This document shows positions 1 through 9,519 of a stretch of 64,000 nucleotides of DNA, in pieces. Each line of letters begins with the position of its first letter. Within the stretch, counting starts at the first letter, position 1. The stretch spans positions 5,070 through 69,069 of the forward strand of contig WRIU01000012.1 in assembly GCA_009782565.1 (NCBI GenBank), given 5' to 3'. The notes under the pieces are model-generated. The model searched no databases. It was not told where the DNA came from and saw nothing but the letters and a program-made list of their open reading frames with translations. The translations under genes and the position numbers were made by a program. The stretch comes from Betaproteobacteria bacterium. Lineage in GTDB: Bacteria > Pseudomonadota > Gammaproteobacteria > Burkholderiales > Rhodocyclaceae.

Positions 1-37
1 TCGTTGGAAAAAAAACTAGTGACCAAAATCTATCCCC

Positions 38-532
38 TCACTGTTCTTCTCGGAGTTCCACGCCGCCGGTTTCCATGTCCCAATGGGCGCGCACAACCAT
101 GTCGATCGGATAAGGCTCGAACCAGTAACTGGCCTCGATCCGGAAACGGGCATGATTGTACCTGTACACGTCGACATTCTTGCCATCCCGGATGACGGAA
201 ACCTTCAGGGATTCCGGGATGATGCGCGGCTCGAAACAGGCAAGCGAACGCTGTATGCCCGCCGCAACCGCATCAAGGTCGGACTCCGTGAAACGCGCGC
301 CCGCCAGAGGCGGGATGCCGAAATTGAGCACGGAATCCCTGACCAGCGGAAAATTCTGCATTGGCAGTTGCTTCTCGATGTTCGTGCAGTTCAACAGCCA
401 GTTCAGATCCCTGAGCACCGTCTTGCGGTAAGCATTGCGGTTCACGGCTCCACTGCCATGCTGCGAGAGCCTGTCCAGCAAAGTCGGCAGGAACAGATCG
501 CCCGTAGGACTCACATTTTTGGAATCACTCAT
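38..532 (-). CDS. tssE: T6SS baseplate protein TssE (gp25-like). An alternative ATG lies at 547.
   Basis: The ORF 38..547 translation contains PTLLDRL and SVLNFGIPPLAG, motifs typical of TssE/ImpF. It is the last gene of the minus-strand T6SS operon, and the ATG at 532 overlaps the tagF stop. Confidence 0.8.
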   Translation of the reverse strand: MSDSKNVSPTGDLFLPTLLDRLSQHGSGAVNRNAYRKTVLRDLNWLLNCTNIEKQLPMQNFPLVRDSVLNFGIPPLAGARFTESDLDAVAAGIQRSLACFEPRIIPESLKVSVIRDGKNVDVYRYNHARFRIEASYWFEPYPIDMVVRAHWDMETGGVELREEQ

Positions 533-1229
533 TCGGCACACCGCCATCCATCAGTGAACAAAAGAGGCTCTCATCGGGAGTGCCGCAATGTACGATCTGT
601 TTCAGAGGATGCACAGAAGAAGGTTCCGACCACCAGAAACTATAGTCGTTGCGCTCCCCGAACAGCCCAGGAAGTTCCGGCCACGCAAACCAGTCCTTTT
701 GCGTACCGGAATCGGCTCCGGCATTGCCGATGCCCAGGTCGCTGAGGATATTGGCCGTGGAGTTCTGCCCGCTCTTCTCGGCCTCCACCAGTTGCAAGAG
801 AAGGCTATCCAGCCCATCGACCGGGATACGTTCACCGATGGTTCGCCGCAACAGCGTGTCGACCCGGTACAGCCAGCGGCTTTCCGGTGGCAATACGCCG
901 AAAATCTTGTACTTGTCGAACGAACGCAAGACGATCAGGGGCGAATAGCGCCCTACCTTATCGACGCTCGGCGCAAGGCAACCTACCAGGGGGGGCTTGT
1001 CCCAGATGCCCGGCCCGATGATGAAATGCCAGACCGGCGAAACCAGGTAAGCGGCCTGCCAGTCATCCGGACGCGAGTGCGCGAGCGCCGCCATGCCGGA
1101 AGACATCCACTCGTGGACGGTCTCTTTCAGGAGAAACGGCATCCCTTTTCCGGCAAAATCGCCTACCGAAGGCAGTTTTCCGAACCAGCCCATATAGCCG
1201 GGCCGCTTGAAAAAACGGAGCATTCTCAT
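525..1229 (-). CDS. tagF: T6SS-associated protein TagF (DUF2094).
   Basis: The N-terminus carries the WFGKLPSVGDF motif characteristic of TagF. The gene sits between pppA and tssE. I chose the internal Met (MRMLRFF..), 7 nt after the pppA stop. Confidence 0.75.
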   Translation of the reverse strand: MRMLRFFKRPGYMGWFGKLPSVGDFAGKGMPFLLKETVHEWMSSGMAALAHSRPDDWQAAYLVSPVWHFIIGPGIWDKPPLVGCLAPSVDKVGRYSPLIVLRSFDKYKIFGVLPPESRWLYRVDTLLRRTIGERIPVDGLDSLLLQLVEAEKSGQNSTANILSDLGIGNAGADSGTQKDWFAWPELPGLFGERNDYSFWWSEPSSVHPLKQIVHCGTPDESLFCSLMDGGVPNE

Positions 1230-1236
1230 TGCTGCC

Positions 1237-2022
1237 TCATTCCTGCTGGGGATTTTCAAGCAGGATACGGGTCGTTGTCGCTTCACGTTCCCCAATCCAT
1301 ACGGCCATGGCGCTGAAGTTGTCCTGATCGGGCGAGAGGGGATCCGGAATTTCTTCCATCATGTCATCAATCCACTGCTCCGGGGTTTTTGCCTCCCTGA
1401 GCGCCTCCTCCATGATTCCTTCGTCAACGTTTTCCCAGAAACCATCGGTACACAGCAAAAAAGCGTCGCCCGGCTGCAAGGCGAGCGGTTCATCGCGAAC
1501 CGCGTGTTCCGGCATCTCGTCACACCCGACTGCTGCATACAGCATGTTTCTCTTGCTATTGCCGCGCAGGGCCCCGGTGACAAAACCGGCGTCGATCATG
1601 GATTGCAGGATGCTATGGTCGGTCGTCAGGCTGCGCGCGCGCCCGTTGCGGAACAGGTAGATGCGGCTGTCGCCCAGGTAGTTCCAGTAGGCACTCCCTT
1701 GTTCCACATCCAGTACCAGAGTCGCTATCGTCGTATTCATTTCAGGAAACTGAGGATACCGTCTGCGTACATCGGACAGGGCCCCACGCGCCACCGTTAT
1801 CAGCATACCAGCCGACTCCTCGCCGACATTGGGCATTGCAGAGAAATGAATAAGCACCTGCTTGACGACGGTATTCGACGCGAGCGCCCCTCCCTCATGC
1901 CCGCCTGTGCCATCCGCCAGCACGAAACAGCCCTGCGTTTCGTTGGCACAAAAGGCAACCGCGTCTTCGTTTGCCACCCGGCCTCCGCGTTCACTCCGCT
2001 GCGCTACGGACAACCGCATCAT
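1237..2022 (-). CDS. pppA: PP2C-family Ser/Thr phosphatase (PppA-like).
   Basis: PP2C motifs are present: RGGRVANEDA, VLADGTGGHEGG and LLCTDGFW. It is adjacent to the FHA and kinase genes of the T6SS. Confidence 0.85.
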   Translation of the reverse strand: MMRLSVAQRSERGGRVANEDAVAFCANETQGCFVLADGTGGHEGGALASNTVVKQVLIHFSAMPNVGEESAGMLITVARGALSDVRRRYPQFPEMNTTIATLVLDVEQGSAYWNYLGDSRIYLFRNGRARSLTTDHSILQSMIDAGFVTGALRGNSKRNMLYAAVGCDEMPEHAVRDEPLALQPGDAFLLCTDGFWENVDEGIMEEALREAKTPEQWIDDMMEEIPDPLSPDQDNFSAMAVWIGEREATTTRILLENPQQE

Positions 2023-2026
2023 GGCC

Positions 2027-3799
2027 CTACCTTGCCCTTTCACCGGATTGAACCGTCAAAATCGCTTTTTCATAGGCCTCCACAAAAGCTTCCCCGAAGA
2101 ACTCCTGAAAATGGTCGCTGGCCTTTTCCCGGAGGGCATGGAAGTAGTACCCATATTCGCCCCATAAGCGAGACCTGTGCGCCACCGGCAAGATGTTCTC
2201 GATCAAACCCTGGGCAGGAATCCTGTCGCCAAGCATTGCCGGATCGAAGCGATCCAGCACATGATTCAGCGCCGCTTGCATGCCCGAGATGACGCCGATC
2301 TGGTGGGCACGCAAATCAACAAAGGCGTTGCGTATGGCTTCGACGGGCCCCATGAATCCCGGCAAAGGCCGCCCAAACATGCCCAGTACGGCAGCATTGC
2401 CATCCGGCGAAAATTTGAGCGGATTATTCCGCTCCGGCGCAATCACGGTGACATTGGCCCTGACCGCCTGCTTGACGACCGTCCGACCCGCCATCAAGTC
2501 TACCGTGCCTTGGGTATAGTTCCGCAGTACCTGGCCGAGCATGTGCATGAAAGCTTTGTCCAGCCCCTCCCGACCAGGTAGCTGCATGCCGAGCCCTTCG
2601 ATGAATGCCTGGAAGAGTTCCTCCGTGCCCGGCGCGACGGAAGGCGCGGTGGCAGGCGTACTGGACGCGCTGGATGCGTTGGACGATGCAGGTATATCGG
2701 ATGCCGAAGGCGGCAAAACGGAATCTGCAGGCTGGGAATCCGATAACAATATGGAAAGCGGATCGTCGGCAGGTTGCGCGGTTTTCGGCGTTGGCGTGGG
2801 GCCGAGACCAGATAAAAACATGGAAATCGAATTGTCGGCAGATTGCACCGCTTTCGGCGTTGGTGCGGAGCCGCCGCCAAGTTCTTCAATGAGATCGCCG
2901 ATGCCGCCAGAATCAGGCGCTTCCACAACGGGCGGGGGCTTCGACGATTCGGGCGGCGGTTTCTCGCCCGTTTCGGGCAAATGAAGCAAAGCGTCAAGTT
3001 CCGAACCATGAGTCAGGTTCAGGCCGGGTGGGATATTCGATGCCGTGCCCTTGCCTGCCCGCAAAATATCCCCGAACACATCGCTGCCTCCGGTTTCATC
3101 AAACACCGACAGGGGATCCAAACTGTTGTCATGCTGCAATGGCTGATTCGCCGGGGTATTCAGGGGGTCTCGCAGCAATTCTTCCATCGTCGCGCTGACA
3201 TCTTCGCCATTGATCAGGTCATCGCCCTTACCATCGAGGCTGCCGGGTTCAATTCCGTGTTCGTTGAGCGCCTGCACGATGTCGCCTGGCTTGGAAGCCG
3301 TTCCCTGCAGAAACGAATCGAGCATCCCGGACTCATCTTCCGCTTCCGGCTCAGGCGCTACGGGTTTGACCTCCACTACAGCGGAACCAAGCAGTTCGGC
3401 AAGAAAATCATCACCCCCTGTACTCCCTCTCTCCACAGGCAAGGATACGAGCGGCGGCTGGGGCGCACACTCACGTCCCTGTGCCACGTAAGCCACCTGC
3501 AGCACGTAACCGCCGACGAGAATCTTGTCATGATCCCGCAACGGACACTCCTCACCCGGTGCAAGTTCTTCACCGTTGACGAAAACAGGATTCCCGCTAC
3601 CGATATTGCGTACCCGGTATACATTCTCATTACCGAGAATGAACTTCAAATGCTGGCGTGATATCAACCGCATCGGATCGGGCAGGATAATGACATTATC
3701 ATTTCCCCGGCCTATCGTCTCGCCATCGCCGGAAATCGTCCCCGCGACAGGAACCACGGGAGGAAGGTCGTTGTAGGTCAGCCCCAGTATTTCAAGCAT
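2027..3799 (-). CDS. tagH: T6SS FHA-domain protein (TagH/Fha1-like).
   Basis: The start is MLEILGL at 3799. The N-terminal FHA domain includes GRGNDNVIILPD..ISRQH..NGSGNPVFVNG. A Pro/Ala/Ser-rich linker follows, then a conserved TagH C-terminal region. Confidence 0.85.
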   Translation of the reverse strand: MLEILGLTYNDLPPVVPVAGTISGDGETIGRGNDNVIILPDPMRLISRQHLKFILGNENVYRVRNIGSGNPVFVNGEELAPGEECPLRDHDKILVGGYVLQVAYVAQGRECAPQPPLVSLPVERGSTGGDDFLAELLGSAVVEVKPVAPEPEAEDESGMLDSFLQGTASKPGDIVQALNEHGIEPGSLDGKGDDLINGEDVSATMEELLRDPLNTPANQPLQHDNSLDPLSVFDETGGSDVFGDILRAGKGTASNIPPGLNLTHGSELDALLHLPETGEKPPPESSKPPPVVEAPDSGGIGDLIEELGGGSAPTPKAVQSADNSISMFLSGLGPTPTPKTAQPADDPLSILLSDSQPADSVLPPSASDIPASSNASSASSTPATAPSVAPGTEELFQAFIEGLGMQLPGREGLDKAFMHMLGQVLRNYTQGTVDLMAGRTVVKQAVRANVTVIAPERNNPLKFSPDGNAAVLGMFGRPLPGFMGPVEAIRNAFVDLRAHQIGVISGMQAALNHVLDRFDPAMLGDRIPAQGLIENILPVAHRSRLWGEYGYYFHALREKASDHFQEFFGEAFVEAYEKAILTVQSGERAR

Positions 3800-3816
3800 C
3801 TCAATTCCTTTTTCCG

Positions 3817-4371
3817 TCACCGCTTCATCGTTCGCTTGCCGGACGAACAACGCCCGCGCAAAACGACCCTGTCGTTTTTCGCAAGATAGAAATCTGCCGA
3901 AAACGGAGGATCGAACGGGCATCTGACCTGCAACATGTGACGTCCCGTTCCAATCAGCGCAATTCGCCCCGCCCGCGTCATCTTGCCCGGCTCGATCTGT
4001 TCGCCATCGAGCAGCAACGTAGCTTCGTCCAACCCCCACATTGCCAAATGCGGCATATCCGCGTTGAACCGTTCAAACGACAGACGAGGCATTTCCCATT
4101 CGCCAGATTCTTCCTCTTCCGTCCCGTCGCCGGAACGCTTTTTAATACCGTCGGCCTTGCTTCTACCAGCGTTCATGACATCCTCCGAGGTGGCGGAAAG
4201 CACCCTGCTCATGGTCTGGAGCTTTTCTGCCGGATCCACCTCTTCCCTGCCCGGCGGAGAATCGAAAAGCGACAAGCAACCGGACAACAGCAAAGTGGAG
4301 GCGCCCATCAGCATCACACCAATGACATGTCTGGTGCAAAACCGGATAACGATATTACATTTTATTGCCAC
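3817..4371 (-). CDS. Putative lipoprotein of unknown function, with a PEGA-like C-terminus by eye.
   Basis: A GTG start lies 4 nt after the ppkA stop. The signal peptide ends in the lipobox LLLSGC. No family was confidently recognised. Confidence 0.55.
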   Translation of the reverse strand: MAIKCNIVIRFCTRHVIGVMLMGASTLLLSGCLSLFDSPPGREEVDPAEKLQTMSRVLSATSEDVMNAGRSKADGIKKRSGDGTEEEESGEWEMPRLSFERFNADMPHLAMWGLDEATLLLDGEQIEPGKMTRAGRIALIGTGRHMLQVRCPFDPPFSADFYLAKNDRVVLRGRCSSGKRTMKR

Positions 4372-4374
4372 TTT

Positions 4375-5535
4375 TCACTCACCCGGTAAAGTTGGAAAGT
4401 TTCTTTGTCGATTCCCATCATTGCCTGACTCAATACCCGGCAGGACGGAAAAAAAGATTGCCGCGAAAACCAACAGAGCCACGAACAAGGCGCTCCAGCG
4501 TACAACGGCGCTGCTCCATCTCGGTTTGCCAACGCTCTTTGTTTCGGGATACCGCATGTTTCCCATAGGAGGCAAGGACGGTGCTGAAACGGATGTATCA
4601 CCCTCCGTCGCGGGCAGAACGAAATCTTCCGCCGCGTTCAGCAATGCCTGGATGTAGGCAGAAACCGTTCGCGGACGCCCAAGCGGCCTTACCGTCAGGC
4701 CTGCGTCGATGACTTTCAATACCCCGGCAGGCAAGTCTGGCGAGGCATAACTCACCGCCGGTTTGAGCGTGTCTTTCATGATTCGCGTCACCGACACAGG
4801 CGGCATGGTGCCACTGACGATCAGATAAGCCACGGCGGAAATCGCGTAAACGTCCGTCCAGGACCCCAATACCAACTCGCTATCGTCAGAACCGTATTGT
4901 TCGATCGGTGCGAATCCGGGTTTGAGGATGATCGTGGTCGATTCCTCGCCGGAAAGTTCCGTATGCCGGGCCGCACCAAAATCCAGCAGGACGGGTGCGC
5001 CGTTCTCCAGAATCATGATGTTGTCGGAAGAGATGTCGAGGTGATAGCACTCCACCGAATGAATCTGGGTCAAGCCTTCCAGTACCGGCAACAGGATGGA
5101 AAACAGATCTTCGGTCGTTTTCGCCCGGAATCCGTTACGCACCATCTCGCGCAGGGTCTTGCCCCGGTAGAAAGGCATGATCATGTACGCGGTTCCATTG
5201 GCTTCAAGGTAACGCAGCACCGAAACCAAGGCGGGATGCCTGAATTTTGCGAGGATGTGCGCCTCGTTGATGAAACGGCGCATCCCTTTCATGAACAGTT
5301 CGCGTTTATCGTCCAGGCGCACCTCTACCTGCAATTCGCTCCCCCTGGCAGCCAGGCTGCCCGGCAGGTATTCCTTGATCGCCACTTCCCGGTCGAGAAA
5401 TGTATCGCGGGCCAGGTAGACGATGCCGAAGCCGCCTTCGCCGATCACGGAGTGAATGACGAACTCTGCCAGCCTCGTCCCGACGGGCAGCGCGTTCATG
5501 GGCGCAACCGCTCCGGTTCCCTGTTCATTGCTCAT
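4375..5535 (-). CDS. ppkA: Ser/Thr protein kinase (PpkA-like) with one C-terminal TM helix.
   Basis: Hanks kinase motifs are present: GEGGFGIVYLA, AIKEY, HLDISSDNIM, DFGAA and APIEQ. The hydrophobic segment ALFVALLVFAAIFFSVL lies near the C-terminus. Confidence 0.9.
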   Translation of the reverse strand: MSNEQGTGAVAPMNALPVGTRLAEFVIHSVIGEGGFGIVYLARDTFLDREVAIKEYLPGSLAARGSELQVEVRLDDKRELFMKGMRRFINEAHILAKFRHPALVSVLRYLEANGTAYMIMPFYRGKTLREMVRNGFRAKTTEDLFSILLPVLEGLTQIHSVECYHLDISSDNIMILENGAPVLLDFGAARHTELSGEESTTIILKPGFAPIEQYGSDDSELVLGSWTDVYAISAVAYLIVSGTMPPVSVTRIMKDTLKPAVSYASPDLPAGVLKVIDAGLTVRPLGRPRTVSAYIQALLNAAEDFVLPATEGDTSVSAPSLPPMGNMRYPETKSVGKPRWSSAVVRWSALFVALLVFAAIFFSVLPGIESGNDGNRQRNFPTLPGE

Positions 5536-5570
5536 TTTTGTTCTCCCTCCAGGGAATGCCCACTGGTCGC

Positions 5571-8381
5571 TCAGTCGCCCTCCTGGGGTTCCGCCCTGCC
5601 CGCTTCCAGGTCACGCATCTCGAACTCGTAGGCAAAATCATCGTTCTCGGCCTTCAATACGATCCGCAGCAAACCCTGCCCGGCGACCAGCCCTTCGAGA
5701 TGGCGGCGGCTGATCGTCGGCAGCACAGAATTGGTCAATATCGCGTCGATCATACGCCCACCGGCGTCGACCGAATTGCAGCGCTTGATGACCAGGTCGA
5801 CAACGGAATCGTCGTAATCGAAAGACGCGCCATGCGAGTTGGCAATCCGCTTCTGAATGCGCCGCAATTGCAGCCGCACGATACTGGCGAGCGTCTCCAG
5901 GCTGAGAGGATAGTACGGAACCACGATGAGGCGTCCGAGCAACGCGGGCGGAAACACTTCGAGCAACGGCTTGCGTAGGGCACTGGCCACCGTTTCGGCA
6001 TCGACCGGCAAATCCGGATCGGAACACAGGCTCATGACGAGGTCCGTGCCGACGTTCGAGGTCAGGATGATGACGGTATTGCGGAAATCGATCTGCCGCC
6101 CTTCCCCGTCTTCCATGCGCCCCTTGTCGAAAACCTGGAAGAAAAGTTCGTGTACGTCAGAGTGCGCCTTTTCGATCTCATCGAGCAGCACGACGCTGTA
6201 CGGGCGACGGCGTACTGCTTCCGTCAGTACGCCACCCTCGCCGTAGCCGACGTATCCCGGCGGAGCGCCCTTGAGCGTGGAAACGGTATGCGCTTCCTGG
6301 AATTCGCTCATGTTGATGGTAATCAGGTTCTGTTCACCACCATAGAGAAATTCCGCCAGCGCCAGCGCGGTTTCGGTTTTCCCGACGCCGGACGGCCCGC
6401 ACAGCATGAACACGCCGATCGGTTTGTTCGGGTCATCGAGCCTGGCGCGCGAGGTCTGGATGCGGCGGCTGATCGTGGTCAACCCATGCCGCTGCCCGAT
6501 GACCCTGCGTTCGAGGTTATCGACCAGATCAAGCACCGCCTGCGCTTCGTTACGCAGCATTTTTCCGACTGGAATGCCCGTCCAGTCGGCCACGACCGAA
6601 GCAACCGCCTGCTCGTCGACCGCTGCCAGCACGAGCGCCCGTTCGCCACGGATTCCAACCAATTCCCTATCGAGTTTTGCCAGCTCGGCAAGCAACGCTT
6701 CACGCGAAACAGGCGGCGCGGCAGCGCCCTCGCCTTCTGCGTCCGAAGGCTCTGCACCCGCTTCCGGCGGCGTTTCGCCCGACGGGAGCGTTTCCGCGTC
6801 GGCAGGTGGCACGGCGGTTTCTTCGCCGCTCTCAGGCGCAGCCAATTGCTCGCGCAGTTCGACGATACGCGCAATCAGCAACTTTTCCTTTTCCCACCGC
6901 TGGCTCAGTTCGCCTTCTCGCGTTTCCTGTTCCGCGAGTTGATCGCGGATTTCATTGCTCCGCCCGATAGTGTCCCCGATCCCGGCAGACTGCTCCTGGC
7001 GCAGCATCTCAAGTTCGCCCCGCAGGACCTCAATATGGCGCTGGCAATCTTCCAGTTCGCCCGGCGTCGTATGCTGGCTGACCGCCACGCGCGCAGAGGC
7101 GGTATCCATCAGGCTGACCGCCTTATCAGGCAACTGCCTCGCGGGGATATAACGGTGCGACAGCGAGACTGCGGCGCGGATGGCGCTATCGAGCACCCGC
7201 ACGCCATGATGCTTTTGCAGCGCCCCGGTGATGCCGCGCAACATCGCCACGGCCTTTTCCTCATCGGGCTCCTGGATTTGTACAACCTGAAAACGCCGGG
7301 TCAGAGCCGGGTCTTTCTCGATGTATTTCTTGTACTCGGCCCAGGTCGTCGCGCCGATGGTGCGTAGGGTTCCGCGCGCCAGCGCCGGTTTGAGCAGGTT
7401 GGCCGCATCTCCCGTGCCCGCCGCGCCGCCTGCGCCGACCAAGGTATGCACTTCGTCGATGAACAAGATGATCGGCTTGGGAGAATGCTGGACTTCTTCA
7501 ATCAACTGGCGCAGGCGCTGCTCGAATTCCCCTTTCATGCTCGCGCCCGCCTGGAGCAGACCAACATCGAGCGAGCGTAGTTGCACGCCCCGCAAACCCG
7601 GCGGCACATCGCCGCTGGCCAGGCGCTGCGCGAAGCCTTCAACCACTGCGGTTTTGCCGACCCCCGCCTCGCCGGTGAGCAGCGGATTGTTCTGGCGGCG
7701 ACGCATCAGGATGTCTACCATCTGACGGATCTCGTCATCTCGCCCGGTCACTATATCCAGTTCGCCCTTGGCGGCGCGTTCAGTCATATCCACGGTGAAC
7801 CTGTGCAGGGCTTCCTGCTTGCCCATGGCCGCCGGAGCCATCGCGGCCGAAGCCTCTCCAGGAGCCGCGTCGCCATAGGTCTGCCCAGCACTCACCGTTC
7901 CGTCCTCAGGGCTGTCCGCGATAAGCGAGGCCAACTGCGCCAGACAATCATCCACGTCGATCTTCGTGAATTGCGGTGAAAGCGCCAGCGTCACGGCACG
8001 CAAAATCTTGTCGGTCAAAAGCGCGCACAACAGATGGGAACTACGCACCGCTCCCGCGCCAAAAGAGAGCGAAGCCATGACCCACGCACGTTCTGCCGCC
8101 AGGTCAATATCGCCGGACAAATCCTCGATGGCCAGCGCCCCGGTGGGCATGCGTTCAAGCGCGGTAAGCAGATTGGCGGCAAGTTTGCCGCCATCCACAT
8201 CGTAATGCCTGAAAATGCGATGCAGATCGCTATCGTCGAGTTGAATCAGTTGGTAGAGCCAATGGCTGAGTTCGACATATGGATTACCGCGCAATTTAGC
8301 GAACACGGTGGCCGATTCGATGGCCTTGTGCAAAACCGGATTCAACTTTCCGAAAAGCGCCACACGGCTAATCTTGGACAT
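5571..8381 (-). CDS. clpV: T6SS AAA+ ATPase ClpV (TssH).
   Basis: The protein is 936 aa with a Clp N-domain and two Walker A boxes (GEAGVGKTA, GPSGVGKTE). An acidic, Pro-rich middle-domain insert is also present. Confidence 0.95.
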   Translation of the reverse strand: MSKISRVALFGKLNPVLHKAIESATVFAKLRGNPYVELSHWLYQLIQLDDSDLHRIFRHYDVDGGKLAANLLTALERMPTGALAIEDLSGDIDLAAERAWVMASLSFGAGAVRSSHLLCALLTDKILRAVTLALSPQFTKIDVDDCLAQLASLIADSPEDGTVSAGQTYGDAAPGEASAAMAPAAMGKQEALHRFTVDMTERAAKGELDIVTGRDDEIRQMVDILMRRRQNNPLLTGEAGVGKTAVVEGFAQRLASGDVPPGLRGVQLRSLDVGLLQAGASMKGEFEQRLRQLIEEVQHSPKPIILFIDEVHTLVGAGGAAGTGDAANLLKPALARGTLRTIGATTWAEYKKYIEKDPALTRRFQVVQIQEPDEEKAVAMLRGITGALQKHHGVRVLDSAIRAAVSLSHRYIPARQLPDKAVSLMDTASARVAVSQHTTPGELEDCQRHIEVLRGELEMLRQEQSAGIGDTIGRSNEIRDQLAEQETREGELSQRWEKEKLLIARIVELREQLAAPESGEETAVPPADAETLPSGETPPEAGAEPSDAEGEGAAAPPVSREALLAELAKLDRELVGIRGERALVLAAVDEQAVASVVADWTGIPVGKMLRNEAQAVLDLVDNLERRVIGQRHGLTTISRRIQTSRARLDDPNKPIGVFMLCGPSGVGKTETALALAEFLYGGEQNLITINMSEFQEAHTVSTLKGAPPGYVGYGEGGVLTEAVRRRPYSVVLLDEIEKAHSDVHELFFQVFDKGRMEDGEGRQIDFRNTVIILTSNVGTDLVMSLCSDPDLPVDAETVASALRKPLLEVFPPALLGRLIVVPYYPLSLETLASIVRLQLRRIQKRIANSHGASFDYDDSVVDLVIKRCNSVDAGGRMIDAILTNSVLPTISRRHLEGLVAGQGLLRIVLKAENDDFAYEFEMRDLEAGRAEPQEGD

Positions 8382-8454
8382 ATGTACCTCAACGTTTTAT
8401 TGACTGGAAATCGAAGAAGCCGTGTGTCATACGCGGCCAACCATAGAAATCATC

Positions 8455-9519
8455 TTACCCCGGTGTATCGGCAACACCCGCAACGAGCCGCTCCGGCCTC
8501 TCCCCATTCAGGACGAGATCGCCGCGATCCTCCCCCGGCGCAAGCCGGCCAAGCCAAGTCGTCCATCCAAGCATGCCTGTGGCCGCACCAAGGCGCAGGG
8601 ACGGAATTTCGTCATGCCGCAAGATGAGCCGGGTATCCCATGAAAACTCGATACTCACGTAATTTCGCACCCAGTCGCGTAATTGGCGGAAACGCGCCTG
8701 CCCCGGCAAGAATGCCCGATACCCGTCGAACGGCAACGGGCCAACGTGAATGCGAAACCCGTGCTGGCGGTCGAGAACCGACATGCCGCAAATCGCGCCA
8801 TGTCCCAACCGGCTGGCAACGGCCTCGTCCCCAAGGCGGGTGCAATCCCTCTCCCTGAGCCTGAGCCAGCGGGGCATCCATTCCTGGATGCGAAAGGAAC
8901 AGGCAAAAAAACTCCGCAAAATCGCGGCCAGCCCTTCCGGGTTGCGAGTCTGCCTGAGCAGATGCCCTGCCATGTAATGTCGGGCGTGATCTGGGATCGA
9001 GTCGCATTTGTCGAAGAAAGGCTCGCCGTAACCAATCAGGCTGCCGACATAGCGTGAAAAACGATCCTCCTTCCGCCTATCGAGGCTCGGCGCGGGCTGC
9101 ACGCCCGCCCAGGCGCGATAGAACAACAAGGCGAAACGGTGATGAAAAATATCGAGGAAGCCTTGCAGGACAGGGTCATTGTCGTATTCGCAACGTTCCC
9201 GCGCAAATTCGGTGAAATGCAGAGGCATCGGGCCATTGGGCCCATACAGGCCGAACGACATCTGCTCGATGCGGGTATAGCCCTGGGCGGTGCGGGAAAA
9301 ACCGCTCAGGGTTGCCGGGGCAAAACTGAGTGATGGTTTTTGGCTGATACGCACAACTTCATGGGCGGGGCGCACCGCCGTGCCGAAACGGGGAAACGAA
9401 GGGTTGCGCGCTTCCAGCCAACGCATGATTCCGAACCAATCGAAACGCCACGGCTGGTTACGCGCTTCTTCCGCAAAAGGGATATCGGGCGCTCCGGTGG
9501 CGCTTTTGGCTTTAGGCAT
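8455..9519 (-). CDS. tssG: T6SS baseplate protein TssG.
   Basis: PWRFDWFGIMRWLE and downstream conservation are typical of TssG/ImpH. The start at 9519 overlaps the tssF stop by 8 nt. Confidence 0.85.
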   Translation of the reverse strand: MPKAKSATGAPDIPFAEEARNQPWRFDWFGIMRWLEARNPSFPRFGTAVRPAHEVVRISQKPSLSFAPATLSGFSRTAQGYTRIEQMSFGLYGPNGPMPLHFTEFARERCEYDNDPVLQGFLDIFHHRFALLFYRAWAGVQPAPSLDRRKEDRFSRYVGSLIGYGEPFFDKCDSIPDHARHYMAGHLLRQTRNPEGLAAILRSFFACSFRIQEWMPRWLRLRERDCTRLGDEAVASRLGHGAICGMSVLDRQHGFRIHVGPLPFDGYRAFLPGQARFRQLRDWVRNYVSIEFSWDTRLILRHDEIPSLRLGAATGMLGWTTWLGRLAPGEDRGDLVLNGERPERLVAGVADTPG

